The translations under genes were made by a program, and so were the position numbers. Below are positions 41,338 to 52,995 of a DNA stretch of 64,000 nucleotides, one piece after another. The stretch comes from Candidatus Binatia bacterium (GTDB lineage: Bacteria; Eisenbacteria; RBG-16-71-46; SZUA-252): positions 131,703 to 195,702 of the forward strand of contig DASQJL010000113.1 in NCBI GenBank assembly GCA_035631035.1. Reading direction: 5' to 3'. The notes below the pieces were generated by a model. That model made no database searches and was not told the origin of the DNA. It was given only the letters and a program-made list of their open reading frames with translations. How positions within the stretch are numbered: position 1 is the stretch's first letter; the number at the start of each line of letters is the position of its first letter.

Positions 41338-42620
41338 GCGTGGGGGGCTTGCCGATGGAGGGAAACCGGGAGCGCCACGGCGACGGTGGTTCCCCGGCCG
41401 GGCGCGCTCTCCACGATGGAGATCCGTCCCCGATGGTACTCGCGCACCACCCGGCTCGCAAGCGCGAGGCCCAATCCCCAGCCGCGCCGCTTCGTCGTGA
41501 AGCCCGCCTCCAGGGCCTGCCGCCGCTCGGCCACGGTCATGCCGCGGCCGTTGTCGCGGACCCGCAGCTCCACCAGCCGCTCTTCGCGCCGCCAGAGGAG
41601 CGACACCTCGATCGTCGCGTCCGGCTTGTCCGCCGCGTCGAGCGCGTTCTTCATGAGATTCTCCACGACCCACGTGAAGAGCTCGCGATGGAAGGCGACG
41701 GGCGGGATCGGATCGTAGCGCTCGGTGATCGTGACCGACCGGCCCAGCGTCGGAAGCCGGCTCCGGACGTAGTCCACGGTCTCCGCCACGGCGCGCGTCA
41801 GATCCCCTTCCGCCAGCGCGGGCGTCGCGCCCACCTGCGAGAAGCGGTTCGCGACCCGGTGCAGCCGGTCCAGGTCCTTGTCCATCTCGTCGGCGATCGA
41901 CTCCATGCGCGCGGGATCGGTCTTCCCCTCCTGGCTCGCCTCGCGCAGGACGGAGGTCCAGCCCATCAGCGAGGAGAGCGGCGTGCCGAGCTGATGGGCG
42001 GTCTCCTTGGCGAGCGCGGCCCAGAGCGAGCGCTGCTCGCCGGCCTTGAGCCCGCGGTATCCGGCGAAGCCGAAGACCAGGAGGAGCACGATGCCGCCGA
42101 ACTCGATGTACGGAATCCATCGAAGCTGCGCCGCCAGGGAGGGCTCGCCGTAATGGACGTAGCCCAGGATGCCGGGGTGCCCCAGCCGCACCACCGGGAT
42201 CGGCCGGTTCACACGGTCGAGGCGCGCGGCCGTCTCCTGGATCCGCTTCACGACCGGAGGGATCACGCCGGTCGTGCCGGCGGCCGCGAGCACCGAATCG
42301 GGAACCGCCACCGGGTCGACGCCGATTCCCTTCCACGCGCGCGGCACGCCGTGCGTGTCGGTCAGCACCATCGGGAAATTGATGTCCCGGATCACCTCGA
42401 GGAAGATCGGCCGCAGCGTCGGCTGCTCGGCGGCGCCGAGCGTGGAGACCGCGATGAAGCGCGCGAGCACCGCGCTCAGGCTCCGCGCCTGCTCGTTCAG
42501 GCGGCGGATGACGAAATGGGAGTGGGCGACCAGGGCCATGCTGAGCACGACCATGGCCAGGAAGAGATAGACCTTGTAGGAGGGTCTGAAATCCCGCGGG
42601 GCTTCGCTCGCGCGCGCCAA
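41334..42620 (-). CDS. sensor histidine kinase (membrane-anchored, HisKA + HATPase_c)
   Basis: 428 aa. H-box ETAHQLGTPLSSLMGW; N/G boxes NLMKNALDA...VRDNGRGM...GWGLGLALA. Confidence 0.8.
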   Translation of the reverse strand: MARASEAPRDFRPSYKVYLFLAMVVLSMALVAHSHFVIRRLNEQARSLSAVLARFIAVSTLGAAEQPTLRPIFLEVIRDINFPMVLTDTHGVPRAWKGIGVDPVAVPDSVLAAAGTTGVIPPVVKRIQETAARLDRVNRPIPVVRLGHPGILGYVHYGEPSLAAQLRWIPYIEFGGIVLLLVFGFAGYRGLKAGEQRSLWAALAKETAHQLGTPLSSLMGWTSVLREASQEGKTDPARMESIADEMDKDLDRLHRVANRFSQVGATPALAEGDLTRAVAETVDYVRSRLPTLGRSVTITERYDPIPPVAFHRELFTWVVENLMKNALDAADKPDATIEVSLLWRREERLVELRVRDNGRGMTVAERRQALEAGFTTKRRGWGLGLALASRVVREYHRGRISIVESAPGRGTTVAVALPVSLHRQAPHA

Positions 42621-42644
42621 TTCGTCGCCGGGGGCCGCGCCCGT

Positions 42645-43916
<1,272 letters not shown>

Positions 43917-43917
43917 G

Positions 43918-44814
43918 TCAGTTGCTCTCGGCGGCGGCCAGCGCGCTGCGGCCACCCTCGGCCAGGAGCCGGCGCGCGAGCCGCTCGCCGATCTCCGCCG
44001 CTTCCTTCGGCTCGCCCGTTTCCGTGTCGCGGAACAGGCGGGCTCCGTCGCGCTCAGCGACCACGCCCTCCAGCTGGATCGACGTGCCGTCGTTCTGCGC
44101 CAGCGCGCCGACCGGGGCGCGCGCGTCGGCGCCCAGCGCCTTGAGAAAAGCGCGCTCGGCGTCGAACTCGGCGTGCGCGTCGGGATCGTTCAGGTGCTTG
44201 GCGGCCTTGACGAGGTCCTTGTCGCTCGAGCGGACCTGGATCACGGCCGAGCCCTGGCCCGGCGCCGGGATGAGCACCGCTGTGGTGAAGATCTCGGTGA
44301 CGCGGTCCTGGAGCTTGAGATGCTCCACCGCCGAAGCGGAGACCACGAGGCCGTCCACGTCGCCGCGCTCGAGCATCTTGATCCGCTCCTCCAGGCTCCC
44401 CGCGAAGTCCACGATCCGGAAATCGTTCCGGTAGTTGAGGAGCTGCGCGCGGCGGAGCGCGGTGTGCGCCGATAGCGCCGCCCCTTCGGCCAGGTCGTCG
44501 AGGATGGCGTCGTCGGGCGCGATGAGCACGTCGAAGGGCGTGAAGCGCGTGGTGACGGCGGCGATCGCGACGCCCGAGGTCGCCGGCGAGGCGTCCTTGG
44601 CGTTCTGGATCACCATCTCCACCTCGCCCTGCGTGAGCGCGTGCTCCAGGGCGCCGCCGGGCCAGGGCGACGTGGTGCGCCGGCCGGGATCGGCGATCGG
44701 GACGAACTGGATCGTCGCTCCGCCCAGATGCGGGCGCAGCTCCTCGGCGGTCTGCTTGCCGATCGACATCCCGAGGCGGTTGCCGCGAACGCCGATTTTG
44801 ATGGTGTGGCTCAT
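43918..44814 (-). CDS. hemC: hydroxymethylbilane synthase (porphobilinogen deaminase)
   Basis: 298 aa: IKIGVRGNRLGMSIG...AIAAVTTRFTPFDVL...PAPGQGSAVIQ. Confidence 0.85.
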   Translation of the reverse strand: MSHTIKIGVRGNRLGMSIGKQTAEELRPHLGGATIQFVPIADPGRRTTSPWPGGALEHALTQGEVEMVIQNAKDASPATSGVAIAAVTTRFTPFDVLIAPDDAILDDLAEGAALSAHTALRRAQLLNYRNDFRIVDFAGSLEERIKMLERGDVDGLVVSASAVEHLKLQDRVTEIFTTAVLIPAPGQGSAVIQVRSSDKDLVKAAKHLNDPDAHAEFDAERAFLKALGADARAPVGALAQNDGTSIQLEGVVAERDGARLFRDTETGEPKEAAEIGERLARRLLAEGGRSALAAAESN

Positions 44815-44869
44815 GGGAGTGCGAGGCTAGCACAACCGGACAGGGTGCGCACGCCCGGCGCCATGGCGC

Positions 44870-46036
44870 CTAGGCCTGCCGCAACGCGTCCACGACCTCC
44901 ATCGACGCCGCCTTCCGCGCCGGGAAGAATCCGCCCACCAGGCCCATCGCCGCGGAGAACGCGATCCCGGCGCCCAGCATCATCGGCGTCACGTCGAAGC
45001 GGAAGGCCAGCTCGCTGAAGGTGGCGAAGCTCATGGTGCTCGTCGTGAAGGCGCGCACGGGCAGGGCCAGGAGGCAGCCGATCAGGCCGCCCAAAAGAGC
45101 CAGCAGCGTCGACTCGATCAGCACCGAAAGGAGCACCGCGCCGCGGCTGAACCCGATGGCGCGCAGCGTGCCGATCTCCTTGGTGCGCGCGCCGACCGAG
45201 GCGTACATCGTGTTCAGCGCGCCGAACACGGCGCCGAGCGCCATGATCAGCGTGACGAAGGTGCCCAGCGTGCGGAGCAGCGTGGCGAGCTGCCCCGACT
45301 GGCCGGCGTAGAACTGGTCCTCGCGGTGCACGGTCACGCTCATCCGGGGGTCGGCCTCGAGCCGCTTCTTGAGCGCGGCGAAATGCGAGGGGTCGTCCAG
45401 GCGAAGGATCACGTTCTGGTAGACCGGGCGGTCGAAGACCGGCATGAACAGCTCGACGTCGCCCCAGATCTCCGAGTCGTACGCCGTGCCGCCGGCGTCG
45501 AACACGCCGACCACGTTCCACTCCCGTCCCGAGAGCTTGAGCTTGTCCCCCACGGTGGCGTGCTGGAAGCGCTCGGAAACCATCTTCCCGACGACGATCT
45601 CGTCGAGGCCGGGGCGGAACATGCGGCCGGCCGCCAGGCGCACGCCGGGGCGGAGCGCCGCCGACTTGCGGCCGATGCCGCGGACGACGACGTTCGTGGT
45701 CGTGCCCGACTTGCGCGGGAGGTTCCAGATCACGAGCAGCTCGGCCGTCGAGAGGGGCAGCCCGTCGGGGGCGCGGGCGATCTCGGGCTGGCTCTGGACG
45801 GCGGCCGCGACCTCGCGGCTGATGATGCTCGTCAGCTCCGCGGTCGAGCCCGATCGCACGATGATCGCGTTGTCCGGCGAGCCGGTCGTGCGAAGCGCCG
45901 CCTCGAATCCGCCCGCGAGGGCGAGGGTGAAGATGAAGACCCACGCGACGAGCGCGATCCCCAGCGCGGTGAGCGCGGTGCTCACCCGCCGCTGTCCCAG
46001 ATTGCGCACGTTGTAGACGAACGGGATCCGCGCCAT
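44870..46036 (-). CDS. ABC transporter permease (FtsX/MacB-LolE family)
   Basis: Start at internal M239 ([19 protein letters not shown] overlap with the upstream permease). Has an N-terminal TM, a large periplasmic domain, and a C-terminal FtsX 3-TM domain. Confidence 0.75.
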   Translation of the reverse strand: MARIPFVYNVRNLGQRRVSTALTALGIALVAWVFIFTLALAGGFEAALRTTGSPDNAIIVRSGSTAELTSIISREVAAAVQSQPEIARAPDGLPLSTAELLVIWNLPRKSGTTTNVVVRGIGRKSAALRPGVRLAAGRMFRPGLDEIVVGKMVSERFQHATVGDKLKLSGREWNVVGVFDAGGTAYDSEIWGDVELFMPVFDRPVYQNVILRLDDPSHFAALKKRLEADPRMSVTVHREDQFYAGQSGQLATLLRTLGTFVTLIMALGAVFGALNTMYASVGARTKEIGTLRAIGFSRGAVLLSVLIESTLLALLGGLIGCLLALPVRAFTTSTMSFATFSELAFRFDVTPMMLGAGIAFSAAMGLVGGFFPARKAASMEVVDALRQA

Positions 46037-47184
46037 CAGGCCACCTTCCGGAGCGCGCCCGCGATCTGCAGCCGCGCCGCCTGGAGCGCGGGAACCAGTC
46101 CGCTCAGCAGACCCATCCCGACGGCCAGCACCATGCCCCAGCCCACCGTCTCCGGCAGCACGCGGAAGTTCGGGAAGAAGCCGTTCGCCGTGAAGTCGGA
46201 GCGCCAGAAGATCAGGTAGGCCGCGCCGCACCCGATCACGCCGCCCGCGACGGACAGGATCAGCGCCTCGGCGGCGATCAACCGGAGGATCAGCCCGTCC
46301 GGGAATCCCAGCGTCTTCAGCACCGCGATCTCCGTGGTCCGCTCGCGCGCGGCCATCAGCATCGTGTTGATCGTGACCAGCACGATCGCGAACACGATGG
46401 CGGAGCCGAGGATGGTGAGCAGCATGCTGACGTTCCCCATCATGGAGATGAACCCGGCCTGGAACGATTTCTCCGTCTCGGTCTTCGTGGGTTGCGGGCT
46501 GTTCTCGAACATCGCGTCCACCGCATCGCTCACGCGGGCCGCCTCCGAAGCGGAGCGCAGGCGGAGCCAGTAGATCCCGACCTGGTTCTTGCGGACGTCG
46601 GGCATCGATTCGTTCAGGTAGTCCCAGTGGAAGAAGATCGTGTTCTCGTCGATGTCCTCGGTCCTTCCGGTATAGATCCCGCGCAGGATCAGGGGCCATT
46701 CCCCGGGATAGATCGTGCCGGTGAGCGGAATCGTCTGCCCCAGCTTCCACCCGAACTTCTTCACGATGTCCCGCCCGGCGATGCAGGCCCTTCGCTCGCT
46801 CAGGAACGCCTGGCGCTGGTCGGGCGAGAGCTCCACCTCGGGGTAGATGTCGAAGAAGTGCTCGGTATCCACCGCGAACTGGGCGTTCTGGTTCTTGGGG
46901 TCCTGGTAGTAGCCGCCGAACCAGTTGCTAAAGCTCACGGTCTGCACGCCCGGGACCTGCGCCAGACGGTCGCGGTAGGCGAGCGGGAGCGGAAAGACGA
47001 GCGAGGCGGCATGCCGGACCACGAGGCGGGTGTCGTCGGACACCCGGATCGCCGCATCGAACGACGTCATCACCGTGCGCAGCGTGCAGAAGAGGAAGAG
47101 CGCGAGCGCGATCGAGGAGACCGTGAGGAAGGTGCGCCGCTTGGACCGCGCGAGGTGGGCCAGAACGTAGCGCAGGAACTTCAC
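46036..47184 (-). CDS. ABC transporter permease (FtsX/MacB-LolC family)
   Basis: GTG start overlapping the ATPase stop (GTGA): [22 protein letters not shown]... FtsX-type topology. Confidence 0.75.
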   Translation of the reverse strand: MKFLRYVLAHLARSKRRTFLTVSSIALALFLFCTLRTVMTSFDAAIRVSDDTRLVVRHAASLVFPLPLAYRDRLAQVPGVQTVSFSNWFGGYYQDPKNQNAQFAVDTEHFFDIYPEVELSPDQRQAFLSERRACIAGRDIVKKFGWKLGQTIPLTGTIYPGEWPLILRGIYTGRTEDIDENTIFFHWDYLNESMPDVRKNQVGIYWLRLRSASEAARVSDAVDAMFENSPQPTKTETEKSFQAGFISMMGNVSMLLTILGSAIVFAIVLVTINTMLMAARERTTEIAVLKTLGFPDGLILRLIAAEALILSVAGGVIGCGAAYLIFWRSDFTANGFFPNFRVLPETVGWGMVLAVGMGLLSGLVPALQAARLQIAGALRKVA

Positions 47185-47876
47185 GCCTGGAGCACTCCCT
47201 TCTCGAGATGCCGGGTGACGTGCGCGCGCTCGGCGGCGTGCGGATCGTGCGTCACCATCACGATCGTCTTCCCCATCTCCGTGTTGAGGCGCTGGAGGAG
47301 CGTCAAGATCTCGCCCGCGTTCCGCGCGTCGAGGTCCCCGGTCGGCTCGTCCGCCACCAGGAGCGTCGGGTCGGCCACGATCGCGCGCGCGATGGCGACG
47401 CGCTGCTCCTCCCCGCCGGAGAGCTGCCGCGGGTAGTGCCGCGCGCGATCCTCCAGTCCCACCAGCCGCAGCGCCAGCGCGACCCGCTCGCGGCGCTCCT
47501 TCGCGGAGAGCCGGGTCAGGAGGAGCGGCAGCTCCACGTTCTGCTGCGCCGTGAGCACGGGAATCAGGTTGTAGAGCTGGAAGATGAACCCGACGTTCCG
47601 GGCGCGCCACGCGGCGAGCTGGTTCGAGGAGAGCGCCGTGAGCGATTCCCCCGCCACGATCACTTCTCCCTCGCTCGGGCGGTCGATGCCGCCGATCAGG
47701 TTCAGGAGCGTCGATTTTCCGGAGCCGCTCGGCCCCATCAGGGCGAGGAACTCTCCGGACTTCACGTCCAGATCGATCCCGGCCAGCACGTCCAGCACGT
47801 TCTGCTCGCGCCGGTAGCGCTTGCTCACGTTGCGGAGCCGGATCAGCGCTCCGTTGGTTCCGGCCTCACCAGGCAT
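47181..47876 (-). CDS. ABC transporter ATP-binding protein (MacB/LolD-type)
   Basis: Walker [10 protein letters not shown], signature [14 protein letters not shown], Walker [13 protein letters not shown]. Confidence 0.85.
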   Translation of the reverse strand: MPGEAGTNGALIRLRNVSKRYRREQNVLDVLAGIDLDVKSGEFLALMGPSGSGKSTLLNLIGGIDRPSEGEVIVAGESLTALSSNQLAAWRARNVGFIFQLYNLIPVLTAQQNVELPLLLTRLSAKERRERVALALRLVGLEDRARHYPRQLSGGEEQRVAIARAIVADPTLLVADEPTGDLDARNAGEILTLLQRLNTEMGKTIVMVTHDPHAAERAHVTRHLEKGVLQA

Positions 47877-49146
47877 GGGTCCCCCAATCCGGGTTCTTCG
47901 ATCCGCCCGCCGGCTTGATGCGGGCGCCGTCCGCCAGCTTCCCCGGCGGATCCAGCACGACCAGCTCGCCCGGCGCGAGCCCGCCCGACACGACCACGCG
48001 ATCCTCGCCGTAGGGGCGCGGTCCCACGGTGCGAAGCGACGCGCGCCCCTTCTCGGCCACGAAGACGACGGCGCGGCCGCCCCGGTCGGCGACGGCGCCC
48101 TTGGGGATCGTCACCGCAGCCGAGGGGACGCGCGTTCCGCCGGCTGCCGGCGTCGCGTCCCCGAGGAACGTCACCTTGGCGCCCATCTCGGGGAGCACGC
48201 GGGCATCCAGGGAGTCGAACGTCACCTTCACGAGCACGGTCGCTTTCTGCCGGTCGGCGGTGGGCACGATCTGCCGCACCCGCCCCGGGTAGCGGTCCCC
48301 GGGATAGGCGTCCAGCGCGATCTCGGCGCGCATCCCCTCGTGCGTGCGCGCCACGTAGCCCTCGTTCACGTCCACGTCCACTTCCAGCGTGGTGAGGTCG
48401 GCCATCGTCACGATCGCGCCGCGCGTGAGGCCTCCGCTGGAGGGGATCGGGCTCACGATCTCCCCGACCTCGGCCTCCTTCCGGAGCACCGCGCCGGAGA
48501 AGGGCGCCCGGATGAAGGTGCGCGCGAGGTCCACCTGCGCCGCCGAGAGCCGGGCCCGCGCGTTCGCCACCGACGCGGCCGCGCTCTCCACCCGCGCGTC
48601 CGCCACCTTGGCGCGCGCGTCGGCCTCGTCGTAATCGGATTGACTCACCAGGCCCTTCGCCAGAAGGGCCTGGAGGCGCTTGCGCGCCAAACCCGCCTCG
48701 TAGGCGCTCGCCTCCGCCTCCGACCGCGCCGCCCGCGCCGTCGCCAGCTCCGCCTGGGCGCTTCGGACGGCGGCGCGCTGCTCGTCGTTCCGGAGCACGC
48801 CCAGCATCTGCCCCTCCCGGACGCGGCTCCCCTCGGCGACGTAGAGCGCCTCGAGCCGCCCCGCCACCTCGGTGGAAACGGAAGCGCGGCGGCGGGCGAC
48901 GACGTAGCCGTTGGCGGTGAGGACTTCGGGGGCCGCGGCGCCGGGCGCGCCGCCGACCGACTCGGCGGGAGCCACGCGCACTTCGACGGCGCGAGTACGA
49001 TTGGCGAATAGGAAAGCCGCCGCGATGAGCAGGAGGGCCAGGCACGCGGCGATGACGACTGCGTTTCGCCGCGTCCGCTCACGCGGCCGCGGCGGACTTC
49101 TGTCGATGCGGAGCCCGGACAGATCGGCCGAGCGTGAATCGGTCAC
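47866..49146 (-). CDS. efflux periplasmic adaptor (HlyD/MacA-family membrane fusion protein)
   Basis: GTG start at V220 of the track ORF, overlapping the metE-like stop (GTGA). Has a TM anchor, a long coiled-coil ([27 protein letters not shown]...) and a beta-barrel domain. Confidence 0.75.
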   Translation of the reverse strand: MTDSRSADLSGLRIDRSPPRPRERTRRNAVVIAACLALLLIAAAFLFANRTRAVEVRVAPAESVGGAPGAAAPEVLTANGYVVARRRASVSTEVAGRLEALYVAEGSRVREGQMLGVLRNDEQRAAVRSAQAELATARAARSEAEASAYEAGLARKRLQALLAKGLVSQSDYDEADARAKVADARVESAAASVANARARLSAAQVDLARTFIRAPFSGAVLRKEAEVGEIVSPIPSSGGLTRGAIVTMADLTTLEVDVDVNEGYVARTHEGMRAEIALDAYPGDRYPGRVRQIVPTADRQKATVLVKVTFDSLDARVLPEMGAKVTFLGDATPAAGGTRVPSAAVTIPKGAVADRGGRAVVFVAEKGRASLRTVGPRPYGEDRVVVSGGLAPGELVVLDPPGKLADGARIKPAGGSKNPDWGTHAW

Positions 49147-50141
49147 GCCGTGACGCCTTGCTCCGCCTCGATCCCCAGCTCGGCCCGCACCTCGCGCACG
49201 GCGTCCACCATGACGCGCAGCTTCGCGAACGCCTCCTCGACGGTGCGGGTCTTCAGCCCGCAGTCGGGATCCACGTACATCTGCTCGGGGCGGAGCACCT
49301 CGAGGCCGCGGCGGATCCCTTCCTTCACTTCCTCTTTCGTCTCGACACGGTGGCTGTGGACGTCGAGCACGCCGTAGCCGATCTCCTTCGTGAACGGGTG
49401 CGCGCGGAAGCGCTCCAGGAGGTCGTAGCGGCTGTTCGCCATCTCGAGGTCGATCATGTCGACCGGAAGGTCGAGCAGCGCGGGGTAGATCACGTCGAAG
49501 TCGCCGTAGCAGATGTGGGTGATCGTCTTGGCGGTGAGCCCCTGGACGGCGCGCCCCAGCGCCTTCACGGCGAGGGTCAGCTCCTCGGGACGCACGGAGA
49601 CCGCCGGCTCGTCGATCTGGATGAACCGGGCACCCGCCTCCTGCAGCGCGAGCGCCTCCTCGTTCACGGCCACGGCCAGGTCCATCGCCATCGCCTCGCG
49701 CGAGGGGTAGTGCTCGTTGAACGACCAGTCCATCATCGTGTAGGGGCCGGTGAGCATCCCCTTGATCGGTTTCCGCGTCAGCGACTGCGCGTATGTCCAC
49801 CACGAGACCGTCATCTCCTGGTCGCGGCGGATCGGCCCGACCGCGATCGGCTTCCGGTAGTAGCGGTTGCCGTAGGAGCGCACCGGGTTCGAGATGGCGA
49901 AGCCGGGCATCCGCTCGGCGAAGTAGGTGGTCATGTCGCCGCGGTAGAGCTCGCCGTCCACCAGGATGTCCAGCCCCGCCTCTTCCTGCTGCCGGATCAC
50001 CTTCGCCGTCTCCTCCCGCTCCATGGCGAAGAGCCGGTCGGCCGACAGCTCGCCGCGCGCGTGCTGCTGGCGCGCGCGCTCCAGCTGCGGCGGCTTGGGG
50101 AAGCTTCCGACGGTGGTGGTCCAGAGTCCGCGCGGCATCAT
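49143..50141 (-). CDS. cobalamin-independent methionine synthase, catalytic-domain-only form (MetE C-terminal-like, 332 aa)
   Basis: Start at internal MMPRGLWTTTVGSFPKP. Carries the zinc-ligand context ...ITHICYGDF... and ...DPDCGLKTR... of the MetE/UroD-like fold. Confidence 0.7.
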   Translation of the reverse strand: MMPRGLWTTTVGSFPKPPQLERARQQHARGELSADRLFAMEREETAKVIRQQEEAGLDILVDGELYRGDMTTYFAERMPGFAISNPVRSYGNRYYRKPIAVGPIRRDQEMTVSWWTYAQSLTRKPIKGMLTGPYTMMDWSFNEHYPSREAMAMDLAVAVNEEALALQEAGARFIQIDEPAVSVRPEELTLAVKALGRAVQGLTAKTITHICYGDFDVIYPALLDLPVDMIDLEMANSRYDLLERFRAHPFTKEIGYGVLDVHSHRVETKEEVKEGIRRGLEVLRPEQMYVDPDCGLKTRTVEEAFAKLRVMVDAVREVRAELGIEAEQGVTA

Positions 50142-51121
50142 GACGTCCTCTCTCCGGCGAGCCGGGCCGCCTCGACGAGCACGGCGATCTTGGCCTCCGC
50201 TTTGTCCGCCGGCAGGTACTCGAGGCTGGCCGTCGGGGTGATCTGGTAGTCGAGATCCGGGCGCAGCCGGGCGGCGCGCTCCGCGAGCTTCGCGATGGTC
50301 TCGCCGTCCTCCAGCCGCGTGTTGCGGGCGTCGATCAGTCCGAGGGCGACGCCGCGCCCCTCGGGAAGGAGCGGGATCAGCTCCCAGCCCGCCGGGGCTT
50401 CGACCAGGTCGAGACCCAGCGTGTTCCAGGGAAGGTCGCGGATGGCGGCGAAGACCGGATTCGGCGCGCGGAACGGCACGTGGACCACGGTCCGCGCGGC
50501 CCGCCCTTCGAGCGCGGGCAGGAGCGCGGCCCGGATCGCCGCGGCGTCTTCGCCGCGCGCGCGTCCCAGCCACGGCTCCTCGAAGTGGATCCACGTCGCG
50601 CCGGCCTCTTCCAGCGCGGCGGCTTCGCGCGCCAGGGCCTTCCCGATGGCCTCACCGGCCGCGACGGCATCGCCGTAGTGGAGGTCCTTAGAGAACCGGT
50701 AGAGCGAGTAGGGTCCCGGCAGGAACGCCTTGACCGGCTTCCTCGTCATGGCCGCGGCGGCCAGGTAGTCGCCGACCGTGATCGGGCCCTTCCACGCCAC
50801 GGGACCGACGATCTCCGGCTGGCGGTAGTACGTGTTGGTGTCCAGATAGCGGATCAGTCCCGCGATGCGCATCCCCTCGAGGCCGCGCGCCACGTAGGTC
50901 TGGGCGTCCTCCCACCCGGCGCTGCCGTCCATGAGGAGGTCGAGCCCGGCCCGGTCCTCCATCTCCAGCGTGCGGCGCGTCGTCGCGCGGACCGCGTCCG
51001 CCACGTCCTGATCGGTGGCTTTACCCTGGTCGCGGCGGTTCAGCGTCACGCGCAGGTTCACGTCCCCCGAGCGGGTCGGGAGCTTGGGATAACTCCCCGC
51101 GAGCGTCGTCCGGAATTGCAC
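50138..51121 (-). CDS. MetE-like paralog (UroD/MetE-fold, 327 aa)
   Basis: GTG start at V67 (VQFRTTLAGSYPKLP), with AGGAGGAACC immediately upstream. Homologous to the N-terminal-type half of MetE; lacks the His/Cys/Cys zinc triad motifs. Confidence 0.55.
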   Translation of the reverse strand: MQFRTTLAGSYPKLPTRSGDVNLRVTLNRRDQGKATDQDVADAVRATTRRTLEMEDRAGLDLLMDGSAGWEDAQTYVARGLEGMRIAGLIRYLDTNTYYRQPEIVGPVAWKGPITVGDYLAAAAMTRKPVKAFLPGPYSLYRFSKDLHYGDAVAAGEAIGKALAREAAALEEAGATWIHFEEPWLGRARGEDAAAIRAALLPALEGRAARTVVHVPFRAPNPVFAAIRDLPWNTLGLDLVEAPAGWELIPLLPEGRGVALGLIDARNTRLEDGETIAKLAERAARLRPDLDYQITPTASLEYLPADKAEAKIAVLVEAARLAGERTS

Positions 51122-51290
51122 GGTTCCTCCTGGGAGGGTGGAAGTACGTAACGAGTCCAGGATGCTACTAGAGAAGGTCTTGGGGAACAAGACGCGCGGG
51201 GCGCCTCCATGGCAGGTTCCTTGCAGCCTCTGAGCCGCTCCGGCGCAAGCGATGCGGGAGGGAGCGTCGAAGGACGACAAGGAGCGCACC

Positions 51291-51704
51291 ATGACACGCG
51301 AAACCTCGAATGTGCCCACGAAGACGGACGCGCTGCGTGAGAGCCCGGCCTTTTGCGGCTTCTCGGTGAACGACCTTCGCCAGGCGAAGGACTTCTATGG
51401 TGGGACCCTCGGGCTGGACGTTCGGGAAGAGAACGGAATGCTCCATCTCCGCCTCTCGACCGGCGCGAACGTGCTCCTCTACCCCAAGCCGAACCATCAG
51501 CCGGCGACCTTCACCGTCCTGAACTTCCCGGTCCAGAACGTCGATCGGGTCGTGGACGAGCTGACGGCTCTCGGCGTGCGGTTCCAGCATTACGGAGGGG
51601 AGATCCAGACCGACGCCAAGGGGATCCATCGCGGCAAGGGACCCGTGATCGCCTGGTTCCAGGATCCGGCCGGGAACATCCTCTCCGTGCTGGAGAAGAA
51701 GTAG
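51291..51704 (+). CDS. VOC/glyoxalase-fold family protein
   Basis: Start at M14 (AGGAG 6 nt upstream). Paired beta-alpha-beta-beta-beta modules ([20 protein letters not shown]...VRFQHY...[12 protein letters not shown]). Confidence 0.6.
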   Translation: MTRETSNVPTKTDALRESPAFCGFSVNDLRQAKDFYGGTLGLDVREENGMLHLRLSTGANVLLYPKPNHQPATFTVLNFPVQNVDRVVDELTALGVRFQHYGGEIQTDAKGIHRGKGPVIAWFQDPAGNILSVLEKK

Positions 51705-51717
51705 CTCCGGCCGGCGC

Positions 51718-52896
51718 TCAGACCGTGACGGCCCGGGCCCTGGGCTCGGGCCGCGTGGTCTCCGGCCGGGCCGGCTCCGCCATGCGCGGATAGAACGCCG
51801 CGAGCAGCGCGACGAGGACGACCGTGGCGAGCACGAAGACCGATCGCAGCCCGAAGCTCCCCGCCACGGCGCCGCCCACCAACGGACCGGTCAGATTCCC
51901 CATCATGAGCGCGGTCGACGTGACCCCCATGATGCCCGCGCGGCGCTCGGCGGGCGCGCGGATCCCGATCATCGCCTGCACCGAGGGGACGATGCCGCCG
52001 ACGAACGCCCCGTAGCCGATCCGGAGCAGGAAGAGCTGCCACGCGCGCGCCACCAGCGCCTGCGGCAGCGCGAACAGGGCGGCTCCGACGAGGGCGCGGC
52101 CGAGCACGGCCCGATACCCCTTTCGGTCCCCGCGCCGCCCCCACCGCGGCGCTCCGATCGCGCTCGCCACCCCCGTGATCGCGAAGATCGCCCCCGTCGT
52201 CGTGGCAAGGAGGCGTCCGCTCGCGCCCAGGTACTCCACGTAGAGCGCCATCACCGGCTGGATCGCCATCAGCGCGAACTGGCTTCCGAAGAGGACGAAG
52301 AAGAGGAGCCGGAACTGCGGCGTCCCGAACACCGTCTTGTAGTTCTCGAACACCTGGCCGAAGCCCGCCTCGCGCGGCTCGGGAAGGTCCCGCGGCACGA
52401 GGAGGATCACCGCGATCCCCGCCGCCAGGTTCATCGCCGCCGTCACGAAGAAGATCTGCCGGTAGCCGATCGCGTCGGCCAGGGCGCCCCCGATCAAGGG
52501 GCCGAGGATCGTGCCGGTGGGAATCGCGGTCTGGAGGGTGCCGAGGGCATACCCCATCCGCTCGCGCGGCGCCTTGGACGCCATCAGCGCGAGCGCGGCC
52601 GCGATGAAGCCGGACACCGCGCCCTGCGCCACCCGCAGCACGAAGAGCTGCGGCACGGTCCGCGCGAAACCCATCAGCAAGGTCGCGAGCGCGAGCCCGA
52701 GGCTGGCGCGCACCACCATCAGCTTCCTGCCGTGCTTGTCGCCCAGCACGCCCCACACCGGTGTGGCGACCGTCGCGGCGAAGAAGGGGGCCGCGAACAA
52801 GAGCCCGCTCGTGAATTCCAGCTTCCCCGGCTCGGTCACGCCCAGCTGGCGCAGGTAGAGCGGGAGGAACGGCAGGAACATGCTCATGCCGAGCAT
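51718..52896 (-). CDS. MFS transporter (coordinates from the first in-frame ATG; the conserved N-terminal segment extends a further about 90 nt upstream, to 52989, with no canonical start)
   Basis: 12-TM MFS architecture (G-x-L-x-D-K-x-G-R-K-like loop GVLGDKHGRK). The frame upstream of the ATG continues the conserved N-terminus (LDDWKRTLFALWTAQFFT) back to the DUF971 gene TGA. Confidence 0.7.
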   Translation of the reverse strand: MLGMSMFLPFLPLYLRQLGVTEPGKLEFTSGLLFAAPFFAATVATPVWGVLGDKHGRKLMVVRASLGLALATLLMGFARTVPQLFVLRVAQGAVSGFIAAALALMASKAPRERMGYALGTLQTAIPTGTILGPLIGGALADAIGYRQIFFVTAAMNLAAGIAVILLVPRDLPEPREAGFGQVFENYKTVFGTPQFRLLFFVLFGSQFALMAIQPVMALYVEYLGASGRLLATTTGAIFAITGVASAIGAPRWGRRGDRKGYRAVLGRALVGAALFALPQALVARAWQLFLLRIGYGAFVGGIVPSVQAMIGIRAPAERRAGIMGVTSTALMMGNLTGPLVGGAVAGSFGLRSVFVLATVVLVALLAAFYPRMAEPARPETTRPEPRARAVTV

Positions 52897-52995
52897 GGTG
52901 AAGAACTGCGCCGTCCAGAGCGCGAAGAGGGTGCGCTTCCAGTCGTCGAGCCTTCGGAAGCTCCCGAGAGGCCCGTCGAGCGCGCGGATGGCGGG

